From the human T2T-CHM13v2.0 reference genome, Homo sapiens, in the NCBI RefSeq assembly GCF_009914755.1, contig NC_060940.1: a stretch of DNA of 64,000 nt. One strand, written 5' to 3'. The notes below the pieces were generated by a model, which worked only from the letters and a program-made list of their open reading frames with translations, made no database searches and had not been told where the DNA came from. The position numbers were made by a program, and so were the translations under genes. Within the stretch, counting starts at the first letter, position 1; each line of letters opens with the position of its first letter. Shown here one piece after another: positions 1-15,000 of this stretch.

Positions 1-3000
1 GCAAAGAAATATTCGGGAGCACATTGAGGCCTATGATTAAAAACAAAATACCTTCATATAAAAATTAGAAAGAGTCTTTCTGAGAAACTGCTTTGTGACA
101 TATGCACTCATCTCACAGAGTTAAAAGTTTCTTTTGATTCTGCAATTTGGAAACTATTTTTGTCCATTCTGTGAATGGACATTTGGGAGCTCAGTGAGGC
201 CAATGGCAAGAAATCGAACATCCCAGGATGAATACTATGTGGAAGCTCTCTGAGAAACTGCTTTGTAATGTATGCATTAATCTCACAGAGTTAAACATTT
301 CCTTTCATTCAGCAGTTTTGAGACACTGTTTTTTTTCATCCTGCAAATGGACATTTGGGAGCTCATTGAGGTCAATGACAAAAAAGCAAACATACAAGGA
401 TAAAAACTACAAGGAAGCTATCTGAGAAACTGCTTTTGATGTGTGCACTCATTTTGCCAAGTTAAAACTCTCTTTTTATTCAGCAGTTTGCAAAAACTGT
501 TTTTGAAGAATCTGCAAAGGGATATTTGGGATCTCATTGAGGCCTATGGTGAAAAAGGAAATATCTTCAGATAAATCTAGAAAGAAGCTTTCTGAGAGAC
601 TGCTTTGTGATGTGTGCATTAATCTCACGAGTTAAATATTTGTGTTCATTCCGCTGTTTAGAAACACTGTTTTTGTCCATTCTGTGAATGGACATTTTGG
701 AGCTCTTTGATGCCAATGGCAAAAAAGGGGATATCCCAGAATAAAAACAGAAGGAAACTGTCTTAGAAACCACTTTGTGATGTGTGCATTCATCTAACAG
801 ATTTAAACTTTCTTTTGATTCATCAATTTGGAAACACTGCTTTTGTCCATTCTGCAAAAGGGCATTTGGGACCTCGCTGATGCCAATGGTGAAATACCAA
901 ATATTCCAGAATGAAAACAGAAGGAAGCTATCTGGTAAACCTGTTTGTGATGTGTGCATTCAGCTCGAGGAGTTATATCTTTCTTTTTATTCAGCAGTTT
1001 GGAAAAGCTGTTTTCGTAGAATCTGAGAATGGACAGTTGGGAGCGCATTGAGGCCTATAGTGAAAAAGAAAATATTTTCAGATAAAAACTAGAAAGAGGA
1101 TTTCTGAGAAACTGCTTTGTGAAGCAAGCATTCACCTCACTGAGATAAACCTTTTTTTGATTCATCAGTTTGAAAAACACTGTTTTTGTCCACTCTGTGA
1201 ATGGACATTTGAGAGCTTATTGAGGCCAATGGTGAAAAAGCGAACATCCCAGCATAAACAATAAGTGGAATCTATCTGAGAAACCGTTTTGTGATGTGTG
1301 CTTTCATCTCAGAGAGACAAAAACCTTCTCTTGATTCAGCAGTTTGGAAACACTGTTTTTTCCATTCTACACATCTACATTTGGAAGCTCATTGAGGCCG
1401 AAGGTGAAAAAGAGGATATCCCACGATACAAAGAGACGGAAGCAATCTAAGAAACCACTTTGTGATGTGTTCATTCACCTCGAGGAGTAAAATCTTTCTT
1501 TTCATTCAGCTGTTTGGAAACACTGATTTCTAAAATCTGCAAATGGAAATTTGTGGTGCATTGAGGCCTAAGGTAGATATCATCAGATAAAAACTAGAAA
1601 GACGTTTTCTGAGAAACTGCTTTGTGATGTGTGCTTTCATCTCACAGAGTTAAACCTTTCTTTTGTTTCAGAAGTTAGGAAACACTGTTTTAGTCCATTC
1701 TGTGAATGGATATTTGGGAGCTAATCAAGGCCAATGACAAAAAAGTGAATATCCCATGACAAAAACTAGAAAGAAGCAATCTGAGAAAATGCTTTGTGAT
1801 GTGGGCATTCATCTCTTAGAATTAAACCTTCCTTTTCATTCAGCAGTTTGTAAACACTTTTTCTGTTCATTCGATGAATGGACATTTTGAAGCTCATTGT
1901 GGCCAATGGCCAAAAATCAAATGTACAAGGATGAAAACTGAGAGGAAGCTATCTGAGAAACATCTATGTCATGTGAGCATTCATCTCAAGGAATTAAATC
2001 TTTCTTTTCATTCAGCAGTTTGGAAACCATTTTTTTGTAGATCTGCAAATGGACATTTGGGAGCTCACTGAGGCCAAGGGTGAAAAATTGAATGTCCCAA
2101 GATAAAAACTAAGAGGAAGCTATCTGAGAAATATCTTTGTGATGTGTGAATTCATCTCACAGTTATGCCTTTCTTTTCCTTCAACAGTTTGCAAGCAATA
2201 TTTTTTTAAAAATCTGTGAATGGATATTGGGGAGTGCATTGAAACCTATGATGAAAAAGAAAATATCTTCAGATGAAAACTAGAAATAAGCTATCTGAGA
2301 AACAGCTTGTGATGTATGCATTCATCTCAGAGAGTTAAATCTTTATGTTGATTCAGCAGTTTGGAAACACTGTTTTTGTCCATTCTGTGATTGGACATTT
2401 TGGAGCTCATTGAGGCCAATGGGGAAAAGCAAATGTAGCATGATAAAACCTAGAAGGAAATTATCTTAAAAAAACTGCTTAGTGATGTGTGTATTCATCT
2501 TGCAGAGTTACTCCTTTCTTTCATCGATCAGTTTGGAAACACCATTTTTGTAGAATCTATGAGGGAATATTTGGAGCACAATGAGGCCTATGGTGAAAAA
2601 TAAAATATCTTCAGTTAAAAACTAGAAAGAAGCTTTCTGAGAAACTGCTTTGTGGTGTTTGCATTCATCTCACAGATGAAAACTTTCTTTTAATTCAGGA
2701 GTTTGGAAACAATGTTTTTTTCCATCCTGAAAATGGACATTTGGGAGCTGTTTGAGGTCAATCAGGAAAAAGTGAATATCCCAGGATAAAAACTGGAAAG
2801 AAGCTATCTGAGAAACTGCTTTGTGATGTGTGCATTCATCTCACACAGTTAAACCTTTATTTTGATTCAGCAGCTTGGAAACACTGTTTTTGTCCATTCT
2901 GCAAATGGATATTTGAGATCTAATTTAGGCCAATGAGGAAAAGCGAATATCCCAGGATAAAAAACAGAAGGAAACTATCTGGGGAACTACTTTGTGATGG

Positions 3001-6000
3001 GAGCATTCATCTCCCAGAGTTAAAACTTTTTTTCATTCAGCAGTTTGAAAATACTGTTTTTGTAGAAACTGTGAAGGGATATTTGGGAGTGCATTGAGGC
3101 CTATGGTGATAAACAAAATATCTTCAAATAAAAACTAGAAAGAAGCTCTCTGAGAAACTGCTTTGTGATGTGTGCATTTTTCTCACACAGTTAAAACTTT
3201 CTTTTTATTAAGCATTTTGGAAACATTGTTTTTGTCCATTCTGAGAATGGACATTTTGAAGCTCATTGAAGCCAATGGCAAAAAAACAAGTGTCCCAGGA
3301 AAAAAACTAAGTGGAAGCTATCTCAGCAGCCACTGTGTTATGTTTGTATTCAACTCACAGAATTAAAACTTTCTTTTCATTCAGCTCTTGTGGAACACTG
3401 TTTTTGTCCAATCTGCAAGTGAACATTTGGGTGCTCATTGAGGCCAGTGGAGAAAAACAGAATATCCCAATATAAAAACTAGAGGGAAGCTATCTGAGAA
3501 ACCATTCTGTGATGTGTGCATTGATCTCACAGAATAAATTTTACTTTTGATTCAGCAGTTTGGAAACACTGTATTTGTCCATTCTGTGAATGGACATTTT
3601 GGAGCTCATTGAAGCCAAAGGCAAAAAAGCAATTATCCCAGGATAAATACTGGAAGGAAATTATTTGAGAAACAGATTTGTGATGTTTGCATTAAGGTTG
3701 AGGAGTTTAATCTTTCTTTTTATTCTGCTTTTCAACTGTGCTTTTGGAAGAACTGTTTTGTAGAATATGCAAATGGACATTTGGAAGCTCAATGAGGCAT
3801 ATGTACAAAAAGAAAATAACTTCAGATAAAAACTAGGAAGAATCTTTCTTAGAAACTGTTTTGTGGTGTGTCATCCATCTCACAGAGTTAAACCTTTGTT
3901 TGATTCAGCATTTTAAAACAATTTTTTCGTCCATTCTCCGAATGGACATTTGGTAGATAATGGAGGCCAAAGGCAAAAAAACGAATATCCCATTACAAAA
4001 ACTATCAAGAAGCTCTCTAAGAAACTGCTTTCTGATGAGTGCACTCATCTCAAAGAGCTAAAACTTTCTTCTTTCAGCAGTTTGGAACCACTGTTTTGTA
4101 GAATCTGTGAAGGGATATTTGGGAGTACATTGAGGCCTATGGTGAAAAAGAAAATATCTTCAGATAAAAACTAGAAAAAAGATGTCTGAGAAACTGCTTT
4201 GTGATGTGTGCATTGATCTCACATAGCTAAACCTTTCTTTTGATTCAGCAGTTTGGAAACAATGTTTTTGTTCATTCTGTGAATGGACATTTGGGAGCGC
4301 AATGAAGCCAATGGCCAAAAATCGAATGTCCCTGGATAAACATTAGGAGGAAGCTATCTGGGAAACTGCTTTGGGATGTGTGCATTCAGCTTGCAGAGTT
4401 AAACCTTTCTTTTCATTCAGCAGTTTGGAAACACTGTTTTTCTCCATTCTGTGAATGAACAATTGGAGTGCATTTAGGCCAATGGAGAAAAAGTGAACAT
4501 CCCAGGATAAAAACTAGAAAGAAGTTATCTGAGAAACTGCTTAATGATGTGTGCATTCATCTCGCAGAGTTAAACTTTTCTTTTCTTTCAGCAGTTTGAG
4601 AACACCATTGTTGTCCATTCTGCCAATGGACTTTAGGGAGCTCGTTGAGGCCAAAGGCAAAAAACGTGCATATGCCGGGATAAAAACTAGGAGGAAGCTA
4701 TCTGAGAAACTGCTCTGTGATGTCTGCATTTATCTCACAGAGTTAAACCTTTCTTTTCATTCAGCAGTTTGGAAACAATTTTTTAATAGAATCTGCCAAC
4801 AGATATTAGGTAGTGCATTGAGGCATATGGTGAAAGAGACAATATCTTCAGATAAAAACCAGAAATAATTTTCTGAGAAACTGCTTTGTGATATGTGCAT
4901 TCATTTCACAGAAATAAACCTTTCTTTTGATTCAGTAATTTGGAAACACTGTTTTTGTCTATTCTACAAATGCACATTTTGGAGATCTTTGAGGCCAGTT
5001 GTGAAAAACTGGATATCCCCAATAAAAACTAGAAGGAAGCTATCTGTGAAACCAATTTGTGATGTGTGCATTCAGCTTGCAGAGTTAAAGCATTCTTTTC
5101 ATTCAGCATTTTGGAAGCACTCTTTTTGTAGAACCTGTGGAAGGATATTTGGGAGCATAATGAGGTTATGGTGAAAAAGAAAATATCTTCAAATTGAAAA
5201 CTAACAGAAGCTTTCTGAGATACTGTTTTGTGATGTGTGCATTCATCTCAAAGAGTTAAACCTTTATTTTGTTTCAGCAGTTTGGAAATACTGTTTTTGC
5301 CCATTCTGCGAATGGACATTTGGGATCTCATTGAGGCCAATGGCGAAAAAGTGAATATCCCAGGATAAAAACTAGAAGGAAGCTATCTGAGAAACCTCTT
5401 TGTGATGTGTGCATTCATCTTGCAGGGTTAAAACTTCTTTTCATTTAGCAGTTCAGAAACACTTTTTTTGTAGAATATGAAAAGGGATATTTGGAAGTGT
5501 GTTCAGGACCATGGTGAAAAAGGAAATATCCTCAGATAAAAACTAGAAAGAAGCTTTCTGAGAAACTGCTTTGTCATGTGTACATTCCTCTGGCACAGTT
5601 AAACCTCTGTTTTCATACAGCAGTGTAAACACTGTCTTTTTCAATTCTGCAAATTGACATTTGTGAGCTCATTGAGGCCCATGAGGAAAATGCGAATATC
5701 CCTGGATAAAAACTAGAAGGAAGCTATCTGAGGATCTGCTTTGTGATGGGTGCATTCATCTCACAGAGTTAAAACTTTCTTTCAATTCAACAGTTTTGAA
5801 TCAATGTTTTTGTCTATTCTGTCAATGGACATTTTGAGCTTATTGAGGACAATGGTGAAAAAGTAAACGTCCCAGGATAAAAACTAGTAGGAAGGTATCA
5901 GAGAAACCACTTTGTGATGTGGGCAATCATCTCTCATAGACAAAGTTTTCTTTGAATTCAACTGTTTGGAAACACTGTTTTGTAGAATCTGTCAAGTGAT

Positions 6001-9000
6001 ATTTAGGAGTGCATTGATGTCTATGGTGAAAAATAAAGTAACTTCAGATAAAACCTAGAAGGAATCTATCTGAGAAACCACTTTGTAATGTGTGCATTCA
6101 TCTCGTAGAGTTAAACTTTCCTTTTTAGCCAGAAGTTTGAAAACACTCTTTTTGTAAAATCTGCAAAGGGATAATTCGGAGTGCATTGAGGCCTTTGGTG
6201 AAAAATAAAATATCTCGAGATAAAAAAAAGAAAGAAGCTTTCTGAGAAAGTGCTTTGTGATGTTTGCATTCGTCTCACAAGGTTAAACTTTTCTTCTGAT
6301 TCAGGTGTTTGGAAACTCTGTTTTTGTCCATTCTGCAAAAGTACATTTGGGAGCTCACTGAGGCCAAAAGGGAAAAAGCAAATATCCCAGGATAAAAACT
6401 AGAAGGAAGCTATCTGAGAAACTGCTTTGTGATGTGAGCCTTTGCCTCACAGAGATAAACTTTTCTTTTCATTTAGCAGTTTGGAAACACTTTTTTTAAG
6501 AATCTGTGAAGGGAAATTTGGGAGCGTGTTAAGGCTTATGGTGAAAAAGGAAATATCTTTAGATAAAAACTAGAAAGAAGGTTTCTGAGAAGCTGCGTTA
6601 TGATGTGTGCTTTCATCTCACAGAGCTAAAACTTTCTTTTGATTCTGCATTTTTGAAACACTGTTTTGGTCCATTCTGCGAAAGGACATTTAGGATCTCA
6701 TTGATGCCAATGGCAAAAAGTGAATATCCCACGATAAAAACTAGAAGTAATCTATCTGAGAAACCGCTTTGTGATGTGTGCGTTCATCTAACAGAGTTAA
6801 CACTTTCTTTTCATACAGCAGTTTGTAAACACTATTTTTGTCCATTCTGTGAATGGACATTTAGGAGCTCAATGAAGACAAGGCAAAAAAGTGAATATCC
6901 CAGGACAAAAACTAGAAGGAAGCTATCTGACAAACAACTTTGTGACGCATGCATTCATCTCATAGAGATAAGCCTTTCTTTACATTCAGCAGTTCGGAAA
7001 CACTGTTTTTGTAGGATCTGTGAAGGGATATTTGGGAGCATATTGAAGCCTATGGTGAAAAAGAAAATATCTTCAGATAAAAAGTAGAAAGAAGCTTTCT
7101 GAGAAACAGTCTTATGATGTGTGTATTCATCTCACAGAGTTAAACATTTATTTTCATTCAGCAGTTTGGAAAAACTGTTTTGTCCATTCTGCAAAAGCAC
7201 ATTTTTGAGCTCATCTAGGCCAATGGTGAAAAAGCGAATATCCCAGGATAAAAACTAGAAGAAAGATATCTGAGAAACCGCTTTGTGATGTGTTCACTCA
7301 TCTCATAGAGTTAAACCTTTCTTTTCATTCAGCAAGTTGGAGACACTGTTTCTATCCATTATGCAAATGGAGATTTGGGAGCTCATTTAGGCCAAAGGCA
7401 AAAAGCTGTTATACCAGGATAAAAACTTGAAGGAATCTATCTGAGAAACTGCCTTGTGATATTTGCATTCATCTCACAGAGTTAAATTTTTTTTTTGATT
7501 CAGCAGTTTGGAAACACTGTTTTTGTCCATTCTATGAATGGACATTTGGGAGCTCATTGAGGCCAATGGTGAAAAAGCAAATATCCCAGTATAAAATCTA
7601 GAAGGAAGCTATCTGAGAAACTGCCTTGGGATGTGTGCATTCTTTTGGCAGATTTAAATCCTTATTTTGATTCAGCAGTTTGGAAAAACTGCTTTTGTCC
7701 TTTCTGTGCATGGACATTTGGGACCTCATTCAGGCCAATGGCAAAAAAGCAAATATCGCAGGACAAAAACTAGAATGAAGCTGTGTGAGAAACCACTTTG
7801 TGCTTTATGATGTGTGCATTCACCTCGCAGAGTGAAACCCTCCTTTTCATTCAGAAGTTTGGAAACACTGTTTTTGTAGAATCTCTCAATTGATATTTGT
7901 GAGTGCATTGAGGCCTATGATGAAAACAAAATATCTTCAGATAAAAACTAGAAAGAAGATTTCTGAGAAACTACTTTGTGATGTGTGCATTCATCTCACA
8001 GAGTTTAACCTTTCTTTTTATTAAGTAGTTTGGAAACACTGTTTTTGTCCATTCTGCGAATGGACGTTTTGGAGCTCACCCAAGCCAATTGCAAAAAATC
8101 CATTATCCCATGATAAAAACTAGAAGGAATCTACCTGAGATACCACTTAGTGACGTGTGCATTCATCTCACAGAGTTAAACCTCACTTTTCATTCAGCAG
8201 GTTGGAAATACTGTTTTTCTCCACTCTATGTATGCATATTTTGGAGCTCATTGAGGTCAAATGCAAAATAGTGAGCATACCTGGATAAAAACTAAAAGGA
8301 ATCTATCTGAGAAATGGCCTTGTGATGTGTGTATTCATCTCACAGAGTTAAAAAATTTTTTTGACTCAACAGTTTGGAAACACTGTTTTTGTCCATTCTG
8401 TGTATGCATATTTGTTAGCTCATTGAGGCCAAAGGTGAAAAAGAGATCATCTCAAGATAAAAGCTGGAAGAAATTTTCTGAGAAACCACTTTCCAATGTG
8501 CATTCATCTCACAGAGTGAAACATTTATATTCATTCAGCAGTTTGGAAAAACTGTTTTGTCCATTCTGCGAATGGACATTTGGGAGCTCATTGAGGCCAA
8601 TGGTGAAAAAACGAATATCCCAGGATAAAACTAGAAGGAAGCTTTGTGAGAAACCACTTTTGGATGTCTGCATACCTCTCAGAGTGAAACCTTTCTTTTG
8701 ATTCAGCAGTTTGGAAATATTATTTTTGTTCATTCTGTGAATGGACATTTGGGAGCTCTTTGAAGCCAATGTCAAAAAAGTGAGTATTCCGGGATAAAAC
8801 TAGAAGGAAGTTATCTGAGAAATGACTTTTTGATGTGTACATTTATCTCACAGAGTTAAACAGGCTTTTCATTCACAGTTTGGAAACACTGTTTTTGTAG
8901 AGTCTGTGAAGAGATATTTGGGAGTGCACTGAGGCCTGTGTTGGAAAAGAAAATATCTTCAGATAAAAACTGGAAAGAAGCTTTCTTAGAAACTGCTTTG

Positions 9001-12000
9001 TGATGTGTGCCTTCATCTCACAGAGTTAAAAATTTCATTTGATTCTGAAATTTGGAAACACTATTTTTGTCCATTCTGTGAATAGACATTTCATAGCTCA
9101 TTGAGGCCAATGGCAAAAAAGCAAATATTCTAGGATGAAAACTAGAAGGAAGCTATCTGATAAAGTGATTTGTGATGTGTGCATTCATCTCTCAGAGGTA
9201 AACATTTCTTTTCATATAACAGTTTGGAAACACATTTTTGTCCATTCTGCAAATGGACATATGGGGGCTCATTGAGGCCAATTGCAAAAAACAAAAATCC
9301 CATGATGAAAACTAGAAAGAAGCTACCTGAGAAATCGTTTTGTGATGTGTGCATTAATCACTCATAATTAAACCTTTCTTTTTGTTCAGCAGTTTGGAAA
9401 CACTGTTTTTGTAGAATCTGTGAAGCAATAATTGGGTAATGTTGTGGCCTATGCTTAAGAAGAAAATATCTTTAGATAAAAAATAGAAAGAAGCTTTCTG
9501 AGAAACTGCGTTGTGATGTGTGCCTTCATCTCACAGAGTTAAATTTTTTTTTGATTCAGCAGTTTGTAAACACTGCTTTTGTCCTTTCTGTGAATGGATA
9601 TTTGGGAGCTCATCTAGGCCAGTGGTGAGAAAGCGAATATCCCAGGATAAAAACTAGAAGGAAGCTACGTGAGAAACAGCTTAGTGATATGTGCATTCAT
9701 CTCATAGAGTTAAATCTTTCTTTTCATTCAGCTGTTTGGAAAGACGGATTTGTCAATTCTGTGAAAGGAGATTTGGGAGCCCGTTGACACTAAAGATGAA
9801 AAAGCTAATATACCAGGATAAAAACTAGAAGGAATTTATCTGAGAAACTGCCTTGTGATATGTGCATTCATCTTGCAGGTTTCATTTTTTTTTGATTCGG
9901 CACTGTGGAAATGCTGTTTTTGTAGAATCTGAGAAGCAATCTTTTGGATCAGATTGAGGCTAATGATGAAAAAGGAAATATCTTCAGATAAAAATTAGAA
10001 AGAATCTTTCTGAGAAACTGCTTTGGGATTTGTGCATGCATCTCACAGAGTTAAACCATTCTTTTGATTCAGCAGTTTGGAAACCCTGTTTTTGTCCATT
10101 ATATGAATGGACATTTGGGAGCTCTTTGAGGCCAACGGTGAAAAAAAGAATATACCAGGGTAAGAACTGGAAAGAAGCTATTGGAGAAACCACTTTGTCA
10201 TATGCTCATTCATCTCTCTGAGAAAAATGTTTCTTTTCATTCAGCAGTTTGGAAACACTGTGTTTGTCCATTCTGTGAATTGATTTTTGAGCTCATTGAG
10301 GCCAATAGTAAAAAAGCGAATATCCAAAAATAAAAACCCAGAAGGAAGCTATGAGAAATTGCTTTGAGATGTTTGCATTCATCTCGTGGAGTTAAACCAT
10401 TCTTTTCCTTCAGCAGTTTGGAAACACTATTTTTGATGAATCTGTGAAGAGATATTTGGGGGAGGGCATTGGAGCCTCTGGTGAAAAAGAAAATATCTTC
10501 AGCATAAAACTAGAAAGAAGCTTTGTGAGAAACTGCTTTGTGATGTGTTCCTTCATCTCACACAGTTAAACTTTTCTTTTGATTCAGCAATTGGGAACAC
10601 TGTTTTTCTCCATTTTGTGAATGTACATTTGGCAGCTCATTGAGGCCAATGGTGAAAAAGTGAATATCCCAGGGTAAAAACTAGAAGAAAGCCATCTGAG
10701 AAAAAGCTTTGTGATGTCTGCCTTCATCTTGTAGAGGTAATCTTTTCTTTTCATTCAGCAGTTTGGAAACACTGTTTTTGTAGAATCTGTGAAGGGGTAA
10801 TTGGGAGCACATTTGGTCCCATGGTGAAAAAGAAAATATCTTCAGATTTAAACTAGAAAGAAGCCTTCTGAGAAACTGATTTGTGATAAGTTCCTTCATC
10901 TCACAGAGTTAAACCTTTTTTTTGATTCAGCAGTTTGGAAACCGTGTTTTTGTCCCTTCTGTGAATGGACATTTGGGAGCTCATTGAGGCCAATGGAGGA
11001 AAAGTGAATATCCCAGGATAAAAACCAGAACTAAGCTACCTGAGAAATAGCTTTGTGATATGTGCATTCGTTGCACACAGATAAATTTTCCTTTTGATTT
11101 GGCAGTTTGTAAATACTGTTTTTGCATATTCTGGGAACATACATTTGGGAGCTCATTTAGGCCAATGCTGAAAAAGCAAATATTGCAGGATAAAAACTAG
11201 AAGGAAGCGACCTGAGAAATTGCTTTGTGATGTCTGCCTTCTTCTCATAGAGTTAATCCTTTATTTTCATTCATTAGTTTGGAAAAACTGCTTTTATAAA
11301 ATCTGCTAAGGGGTATTTAGGAGCATAATGGGGCCTATGGTAAAAAAATTATCTTCAGATTAAATCTAGAAAGAAGCTTTCAGAAAAACTTCTTTGTGAT
11401 GGGTTCCTTCAACTCATAGAGTTAAACCTTTCTTTTGATTCAGCAGTTTGGAAACACTATTTTTGTCTCTTCTGCGAATGCATATTAGGGAGCTCTGAGG
11501 CCAATGGCAAAAGAGTGCACATCCCAGGATAAAAACCAGAATGAAGCTATCTGAGAAACCGCTTTTTGATGGTCTCATAGAGTCAATGCTTTCTTTTCAT
11601 TTAGCAGTTTGGAAACACTTTTTTTAGAACCTACAAAGGCATATTTGGGAGGGCATTGAGGTCTAAGGTGAAAAACAAAATATCTTCAGAAGAAAACTAC
11701 AATAAAGCTTTCTGAGATACTGCTTTGTGATGTGTGCAATGATCTCGCAGAGTTTAAACTTTCTTTTGATTCAGCAGTTTGCAAACACTGTTTTTTTTTC
11801 CATTCAGTGAATGGAGATGTGGGAGATCATTTAGGCCAAAGGTGAAAAAGTGTATATCCCAGGATAAAAACTAGAAGGAAGCTATCTGAGAAACTGCTTT
11901 CTGATGTGTGCATTCATCTCGCAGAGGTAAACATTTCTTTTCATTCAGCAGTTTGGAAACACTGTTTTTGTCCATTCTGCGAATGGATTTTGGGAGCTCA

Positions 12001-15000
12001 TTGAGACCAATTGCAGAAAAGAGAATATCCAAAAGTAAAAACCCAGAAGGAAGCTATGAGAAACTGCTTTGGGATGTGTGCATTCATATTGCAGAGTTTA
12101 AGTATTCTTTTCCATTAGCAGTTTGGAAACACTGTTTGTGAAGAATTTGTGAAGGGATACTTGGGAGCACATTGAGGCTTATGGTGAAAAGAAAAATATC
12201 CTCAGATAAAAATTAGAAGGAAGATTTCTGAGGAACTGCTTTCTGATATGTAATTTCATCTCACAGAGAAACATTTCTTTTGATTCAGCAGTTTGGAAAC
12301 ACTTTTTTTGTAAATTCTGCAAATGGACATTTGGGAGCTCATCAAAGCCAATGGAGAAAAATCGAATATCCCAGGATAAAAACTAAAAGGAATCTATCTG
12401 AGAAACCGCTTTTCAATGTGTGCATTCATCTCGTAGTGTTAAACCTTTCCTTTCATTCAGCAGTGTGGAAACAGTGTTTTTGTAGAATCTGGGAAGGAAT
12501 ATTTGGAGCACAATGAGGCCAGTGGAGGAAAAGCAAGTATCCCAGGATAAAAACCAGAGTGAAGCCACCTGAGAAACAGCTTTGTGATGAGTGCATTCAT
12601 CGCAAACAGATAAACATTTCTTTTCATTAAACCATTTGGAAACACTGTTTTTGTCCATTCTGCAAATGGACATTTTCGAGCCCATTCAGGCCAATGGTGA
12701 AAAAGCATATATCCCAGGATAAACTAGAAGGATGCTATCTGAGAAACTGCTTTGTGATGTGTGCATTCAGCTCGCAGAGTTAAACCTTTATTTTCATTCA
12801 GCAACTTGGAAACACTGTTTTTGTAGAATCTGTGAAGGGATATTTGGGAGATCATCAATGCCTCTGGTTAAAAAGAAAATATCTTCACACAGAAACTAGA
12901 ATGAAGCTTTCTTAGAAAATGCTTTCTGATGTGTGTGTTCATCTAACAGAGTTAAACCTTCCTTTTGATTCAGGAGTTTGGAAAAAATTTTTTTTCCCCA
13001 TTCTTCAAATGGATATTTGGGAGCTAATTGAGACTTCATCCTGTCATAGTGTTAAACTTTGTTTTCATTCAGAGTATGGAAACAGAGTTTTTGTCCATTC
13101 TGCAAATGGACATTTGGCAGCTCATTGAGGCAAATGGCAAAAAAGTGAATAACCTAGGATAAAAGCCAAAAGGAACCTTTCTGAGAAACAGCTTTGTGCT
13201 GTGTGCATTCGTCTTACAGAGCTAAATCATTCTTTTGATTCAGTATTTTGGAAACACTGCTTTTGTGCATTCTGTGAATGGACTTTCAGGAGCTCTTTGT
13301 GGCCAATAGTGTAAAAGTGAATATAACAGGAAAAACGTGAAGGAATCTACCTGAGAAACTGCTCTGTGATTTGTGCATTCATCTCACAGAGTTAAAATTT
13401 TCTTTTCATTCAGCAGTTTGGAAACAGTGTTTTTGTCCATTTTGTGAATGGACATTTATGAGATCATTGAGGCCAATTGCCAAAGAGAAAATATCCAAGG
13501 ATAAAAATGAAAAGAACGCTATCTGAGAAACCAATTTGTGATAAGTGCATTTGTCTCATGACTTAAACATTTCTTTTCATTCAGCAGTTTGGAAACACGG
13601 TTTTGTAGAATCTGCAAAGGGATATTTTGGAGCTCATTGAGGCCTATGGTGAAAAGGAAAATATCTTCAGATAAAAACTAGAAAGAAGCTTTCTGAGAAA
13701 CTGCTTTGTGATGTGTGCATTCATCTCACAAAGCTAAAACTTTGTTTTGATTCAGCAGTTTAGAAACACTGTTTTGGTCCATTCTGCAAATGGACATTTG
13801 GGAGCTCATTGAGGTCAGTGGTGAAAAAGCTAATATCCCAGGATAAAAACTAGAAGGAAGATATCTGAGAAACTACTCTGCGATGGGTGCATTGATCCTG
13901 CAGTGTTAAACCTTTCTTTTCATTCAGCAGATTGGAAACGCTGTTTTTATAGAATCTGTGAAGGGATATTTGGGATCACAGTGAGGCCTATGGTGAAAAA
14001 GAAAATATCTATAGATAAAATCCAGAAAGAAGCGTTCTAAGAAACTGCTTTGTGATGTGTGCATAGATCTCACATAGTTAAATCTTTCTTTTGATTCAGC
14101 AGTTTGGAAACACTGTTTTTGCCCATTATGCAAATGGACATTTGGGAACTCATTGAGACCAATAGTGCAAAAGGGAATATCCCAGGATAAAAACTAGAAG
14201 AAAGCTATCTGAGAAACCACGTTGTGTTCTGTTCATTCATCTCACAGAGTTAAATCTTTCTTTTCTTTCAGCAGTGTTGAAACACTCTTTTTTAGAATCT
14301 GAGAAGGGATATTTGGGGGCACATTGAGGCCTATGGTGAAAAGGAAATATGATCAGATAAAAACGAGAAAGAAGCTTTCTGAGAAAGTGTTTTGTGATGT
14401 GTACATTCGTCTCACTGAGTTAAACCTTCCTTTTGATTTAGCAGTTTGGAAACACTGTTTTGTCCATTCTGCAAATGGACATTTGTGAGCTCATTGAAGC
14501 CTACGGTGAAAAAGCGAATACCCCAGGATAAAAACTGGAAGGAAGCTATCTGAGACTCCACTCTGTGATGTGTGCATTGATCCTGCAGAGTTAAATCTTT
14601 CTTTTCATTCAGCAGATTGGAAATGCTGTTTTTATAGAATTGCGAAGGGATATTTGGGATCACAGTGAAGCCTATGGTGAAAAAGAAAATAGCTACAGAT
14701 AAAGAATAGAAAGAAGCGTCCTGAGAAACTGCTTTGTGCTGTATTAATAGATCTCATATAGTTAAATCTTTCTTGTGATTCAGCAGTTTGGAAACCCTGT
14801 TTTTGCCCATTTTGTGAGTGCACATTTGGGAGCTCATTGAGACCAATGGTGCAAAAGGGAATATCCCAGTGTAAAAACTAGAAGGAAGGTATCTGAGAAA
14901 CCACGTTGTGGTCTGTTCATTCAAAATCTTCCATTTCTTTCAGCAGTGTTGAAACACTCTTTTTTAGAATCTGAGAGGGGATATTTGGGGGCACATTGAG